Positions 60,372 through 64,000 of a DNA stretch of 64,000 nucleotides are shown here, in pieces. Source of the DNA: Camelus ferus (taxonomy: Eukaryota); NCBI RefSeq assembly GCF_009834535.1, contig NC_045696.1:118794001-118858000 (forward strand). Direction: 5' to 3'. Made by a program: the position numbers and the translations under genes. The notes below the pieces were generated by a model. That model was not told the origin of the DNA, did no database searches, and saw only the letters and a program-made list of their open reading frames with translations. Position 1 is the first letter of the stretch, and each line of letters starts with the position of its first letter.

Positions 60372-60724
60372 TCATTTTCTTATTCTTCCTCTCCTCGGAC
60401 ACTAAAGATTCTTCACCCATTTTCCTTGGACCCATCTTACACATGTATATAGCTGCAAAGGAGTTAGGCACTCAAGTAATTAAACTGACAATTTCCAGCC
60501 GCTGAGGAACTGCTGTGTGCATTCATTAGATTGTTCTCAGTGGCTATTGAGTTAGGTGGCACTTTGAGGGCATCTACTAATTACTGGAGATTCGATAAGA
60601 TTATTCTGTTAGCAAAAGTAACACTACGATTTGGTCTAAAAATTACTGTTGCTTATCACACTACTTTTGTCAGCTCTCCTGTATTTGATTGTATTCCCGC
60701 TATGACTTTATTTACAGGAGTCAC

Positions 60725-61078
60725 TGCAGACTCAAATGCCTACAGGAACCAGGTAGATACCATCATGAGTGAAGCTGGAACAGCATCATAATTTCTAGTT
60801 TGCAACAGTGGCGTATTTGCATATCAAATACAGAGGAATGCTCTTCCTGATTCATCTTTGGTTTCCCAATTTTGAAAGAGCCTTGGTTAGAAGAAATATT
60901 TCACTCTTCTCTTAACTCTCAGAAAGACAGTGTAAACAGCCAGGTATGGGATAGCAACATGGAGTAATGGGAACTCAGAGAACCTGGTGAAGAATCTTTT
61001 TGCTGCCAAGAAGGAATCCTCGGCCCAGTGCTGCCAGGATCATCTTATTTTTCCAGAGAAGCCAAAAATCTGCAGTAT
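60725..61078. mobile_element. MER102-like hAT element
   Basis: ACTCAAATGCCTACAGG..CCAGG...GAGTGAAGC and GCCCAGTGCTGCCAG...TTTTCCAGAGAAGCCAAAAATC. Confidence 0.6.
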
Positions 61079-61184
61079 TTAACTTGATATTATGTTAGTT
61101 TGTTCTCTTAAGAGAAGAACATCGCAAAGTGGAATTCCCACGTATTGTTTCTTTTTCTTTTTTCTTTTTAGCTTTTATCCTTTT

Positions 61185-61408
61185 AAACAATTGATGTCTA
61201 GCTGATGTACAAATTTATGTAAATTTCAGGTGGACAGCAGAGTGATTCACAATTTTAAATATTATACTCCATTTGTGGTTATTATAAAATATTGGCTATA
61301 TTCCCTGTGCTATACAATATATCATTGTAGTTTATTTTATATGTAGTGGTTTTTTAAGTTAATTTATTTTTTATTGAAGTATAGTCAGTTTATGCTATTG
61401 TGTCAGTG
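61185..61408 (-). mobile_element. L1 3' end fragments
   Basis: TTTCAGGTGGACAGCAGAGTGATTCA...ATATTGGCTATATTCCCTGTGCT, then TTTATTGAAGTATAGTCAG. Confidence 0.75.
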
Positions 61409-61546
61409 TTTCCTGAGAAGGTCTACAGAGAGCCCTGTTTTATCGCATCCTACTTTCCTAACTGCATGAGAAGCTAAGCATAGTAAACGCCTCCCAAATT
61501 TGGCATTTATTTCGGTTTCATCGATCTGAGTTTCAAGAACAGATTT

Positions 61547-61679
61547 TTAAAAATATTTTTTGGAGGGGAAGTAATTAGGCTTATTTATTTTATTTATTTT
61601 TAATGGAGGCACTGGGGATTGAACCCAGGACCTCATGCATGTTAACCACGCGTTCTACCCCTGAGCTAAACCCTCCCTC
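61547..61679 (-). mobile_element. Camelid SINE with 13-bp TSD
   Basis: TSD CAAGAACAGATTT at 61534-61546 and 61680-61692. Confidence 0.94.
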
Positions 61680-63079
61680 CAAGAACAGATTTACGTTCAT
61701 GAGTGGGGAAGTCTGATGACCGTATCACTATAGGTGACGGACGGCTCCCAATCCACTTCCCTTCATCCACCCATTCCCACATCCCAATCCCAGCAGTATT
61801 TCATCTCTGAAATCTGACACTCAGAAACCCAGTGTCCAGCCAAAACCTCTGCCCTTTCATCAGTCCCATTCCTTTACTTCCCCGAGACCCACCTGCCAGC
61901 CTCAGCAAAACCTGCACCTCCCCCACTCCATCCCCCATCTTCAGCCCATCAGGGCTCTCGTCTGTACTCATTTCCTTCCCAGCCCAGGTTCATGAACAAG
62001 ACTTTCAACCACATGCTCACCAGCAGCCCAGGCCCTTCATATCACTGTCCTTCGGTTTTGTCCGCCTTACCCATCTATAGCTTTGCATAAATCCAACCAT
62101 GACCTTCTCCGTTCACACCCCAGGCTGCCACTCTGTGGGAGAGGAAAAAAAAACATAGCTATGATGACTGACAGGTGTATGATTTCTATGTTCAGTGGGG
62201 CCTTTGGTGCTAGTAAGGCAATCTATTACCTTTGCTAATTGGCTTCAATTTCCATGCTCCAGACTCTTCCTCTGTAAATCACAATTAGCCCACTGCCTCT
62301 TCATCTCAGCATAGCCCTAGGTATGCCATAGACAATAAAATACATCAAGAAATAAACTGCTTTAACCTTTCCTCCATCCCATTTATCCTTACCTAACCCC
62401 TCCACCCTGTGTATTAGGCTAACCCCACATCAGAAACCATCTAGGAATGTCTTGTATGATTATTGGACTCCTCTGTTCTGACGTGAATGTTTTTTCCTTT
62501 GGGGACCAAAGGGTTGTGTAATCCTCCTTTGGGTAGAAGGTGGAGTGAGGTCGCTTCCCTGAAGGCCAGTCTCAGTGCCAATCAAATAAGGACAAGAATC
62601 AAGGGTCTGGAAAGGCAGCCTCAGACCAAAGAAAGAGGAAAGGCTCCCCTCCTTCTGCGCCACATCCCCTTGGGCCTGGCGACCCGGTCTTTATGCAGGG
62701 CATCCAGGAGGAGAGTGGGATGCCAGGAGCCGGGAGGGAAAAGAGCTCCAGGCGTCAATCAGAAACCCCCGAAGGTTGAGCCTGCAGCTCTGCAGATAAG
62801 GACCTCGGGTGGCTCTTAGTGTGTGAATTTCCCCACGCTGGCAGTGAAGAGAGGTTGCGTATCAGAGCTCCTGCCAGCTTTCCCATCATGGATTCTGGGA
62901 CGGATGGCCTGGGAAGGAAAGAGGAATGCCTCCCCTTACCCCATAGCCTGTAGGAAGGCAGCATCCGCATTAGTGAGATTCTGGGAGGAAAGGTAAATCC
63001 CTGCGGCAAAGAGGCTCGTGGTACCGCAGGGGCTCCTCTCTCTTTCGAAAACAGGACAGGACTGGGGTTGTTCCCCGCC

Positions 63080-63980
63080 TCTCCCACCTTGTTCAGTCAC
63101 ATCTTTCATCCTTTTCTCTCTCCACTAGGCTTTCCTTCTCTGTATAAATAGAAATGAATTCCTAAAAATGTTCAGTTACCAGCCTGTGTAACTACTGGCT
63201 TCCTTCCTCTTCTACTGAAACTGCCCTCCCTGAGGTCATGGTTGACATCTAATTAACAAACCCAGTGGCTAATTTTTCATCTTCACTCTTCTTCACCTTT
63301 GTGAAGCAGTTGCGATCGCTAACTCTCCTTCTATCATTGAAACTCTCTTTCCCTGCTGAGATTCTTGGCCTGATGGGGCCAAGTCAACACGCCTTAGGCG
63401 GGCATCTCCAAGTCAACATGCCTTAGGTTTGATTCACTGAATCTGTTCTCCAGACATCTGTTCTCCTGCACCCCGTATTTCTTCCCATGGTGTTCTGCCT
63501 ACATCACAGCCTTACAGAAGAACTCGGCATCAGCCTCGTCCACCCATCCCAGTTAACTATTAAAGAATAAACAGCAAAATCAACCTAGAAAGGTCTCTCA
63601 AGCCCATTTCCAGCAGCCTGGCCTGATTACAATCTCATCCCACTTGGCTTGGACCATTGCAGAAGCCCTAATACCCTGCCTGACTCTGGTGCCTCCCAGC
63701 TTCTCTCTGATTCTCAAAACACCATCAGAATTGTCCTGGGGGGATCACTTCTCAACCTAAATGTCACCAACAGTTGCCAGTTCAGGACAAATGTCATTCT
63801 CCTGGGCAGGCATCCATGGCCCGTCATAACTTGCCCCCTCCCCCACCATCTTCCCCGCTGGCACCTATAAGCTAGTCACCCTGACCTCTTCCCTGCAAAG
63901 GCTGTGCATCCTCGCCCTCTGTGTTTGCTAACGGTGTTTGCTACATTTAGAATTCTTGCTTCCCTCCCTTGGTTGGAAGA
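63080..63980 (+). mobile_element. L2 fragments
   Basis: CTACTGAAACTGCCCTCCCTGAGGTCA..GACATCTAATTAACAAACCCAGTGG, plus later L2 3' motifs. Confidence 0.7.
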
Positions 63981-64000
63981 ACTTAAAGGCATCCTTCAAG

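Noticed and set aside
1..64000. CRISPR arrays, operons or other prokaryotic-type systems
   Set aside because: The sequence is mammalian intronic and promoter DNA, with no regularly spaced repeat-spacer array and no gene-dense coding region.

Overview
This is mammalian genomic DNA, most likely from a camelid, because it carries many copies of a tRNA-Ala-like SINE of the vic-1 type. The only protein-coding sequence I can support is the first coding exon of PLCL2 (inactive phospholipase C-like 2), on the minus strand at 56246-55926 inside a CpG island. Positions 1-55925 are the 5' part of its very long following intron, and 57400-64000 is upstream flank. The rest is interspersed repeats: L1 of several ages, L2, MIR, camelid SINEs with target-site duplications (TSDs), a full-length Tigger1, MER20/MER5/MER81/MER102, an MLT1 LTR and microsatellites. 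The other ORFs in the track are spurious or repeat-derived. I see no evidence of a new multi-gene system. The most notable signals are: an L1 with a non-canonical 3' tail that recurs as an independent TSD-flanked insertion; a twin-priming-type inverted L1; apparently AT-to-GC-shifted old repeats; a strong splice acceptor and an A25 tract in the PLCL2 5' leader; a CACCC minisatellite in the promoter; and candidate cryptic exons and a recursive splice site in the intron. Repeat family names and human PLCL2 comparisons are from recall, not from database searches.
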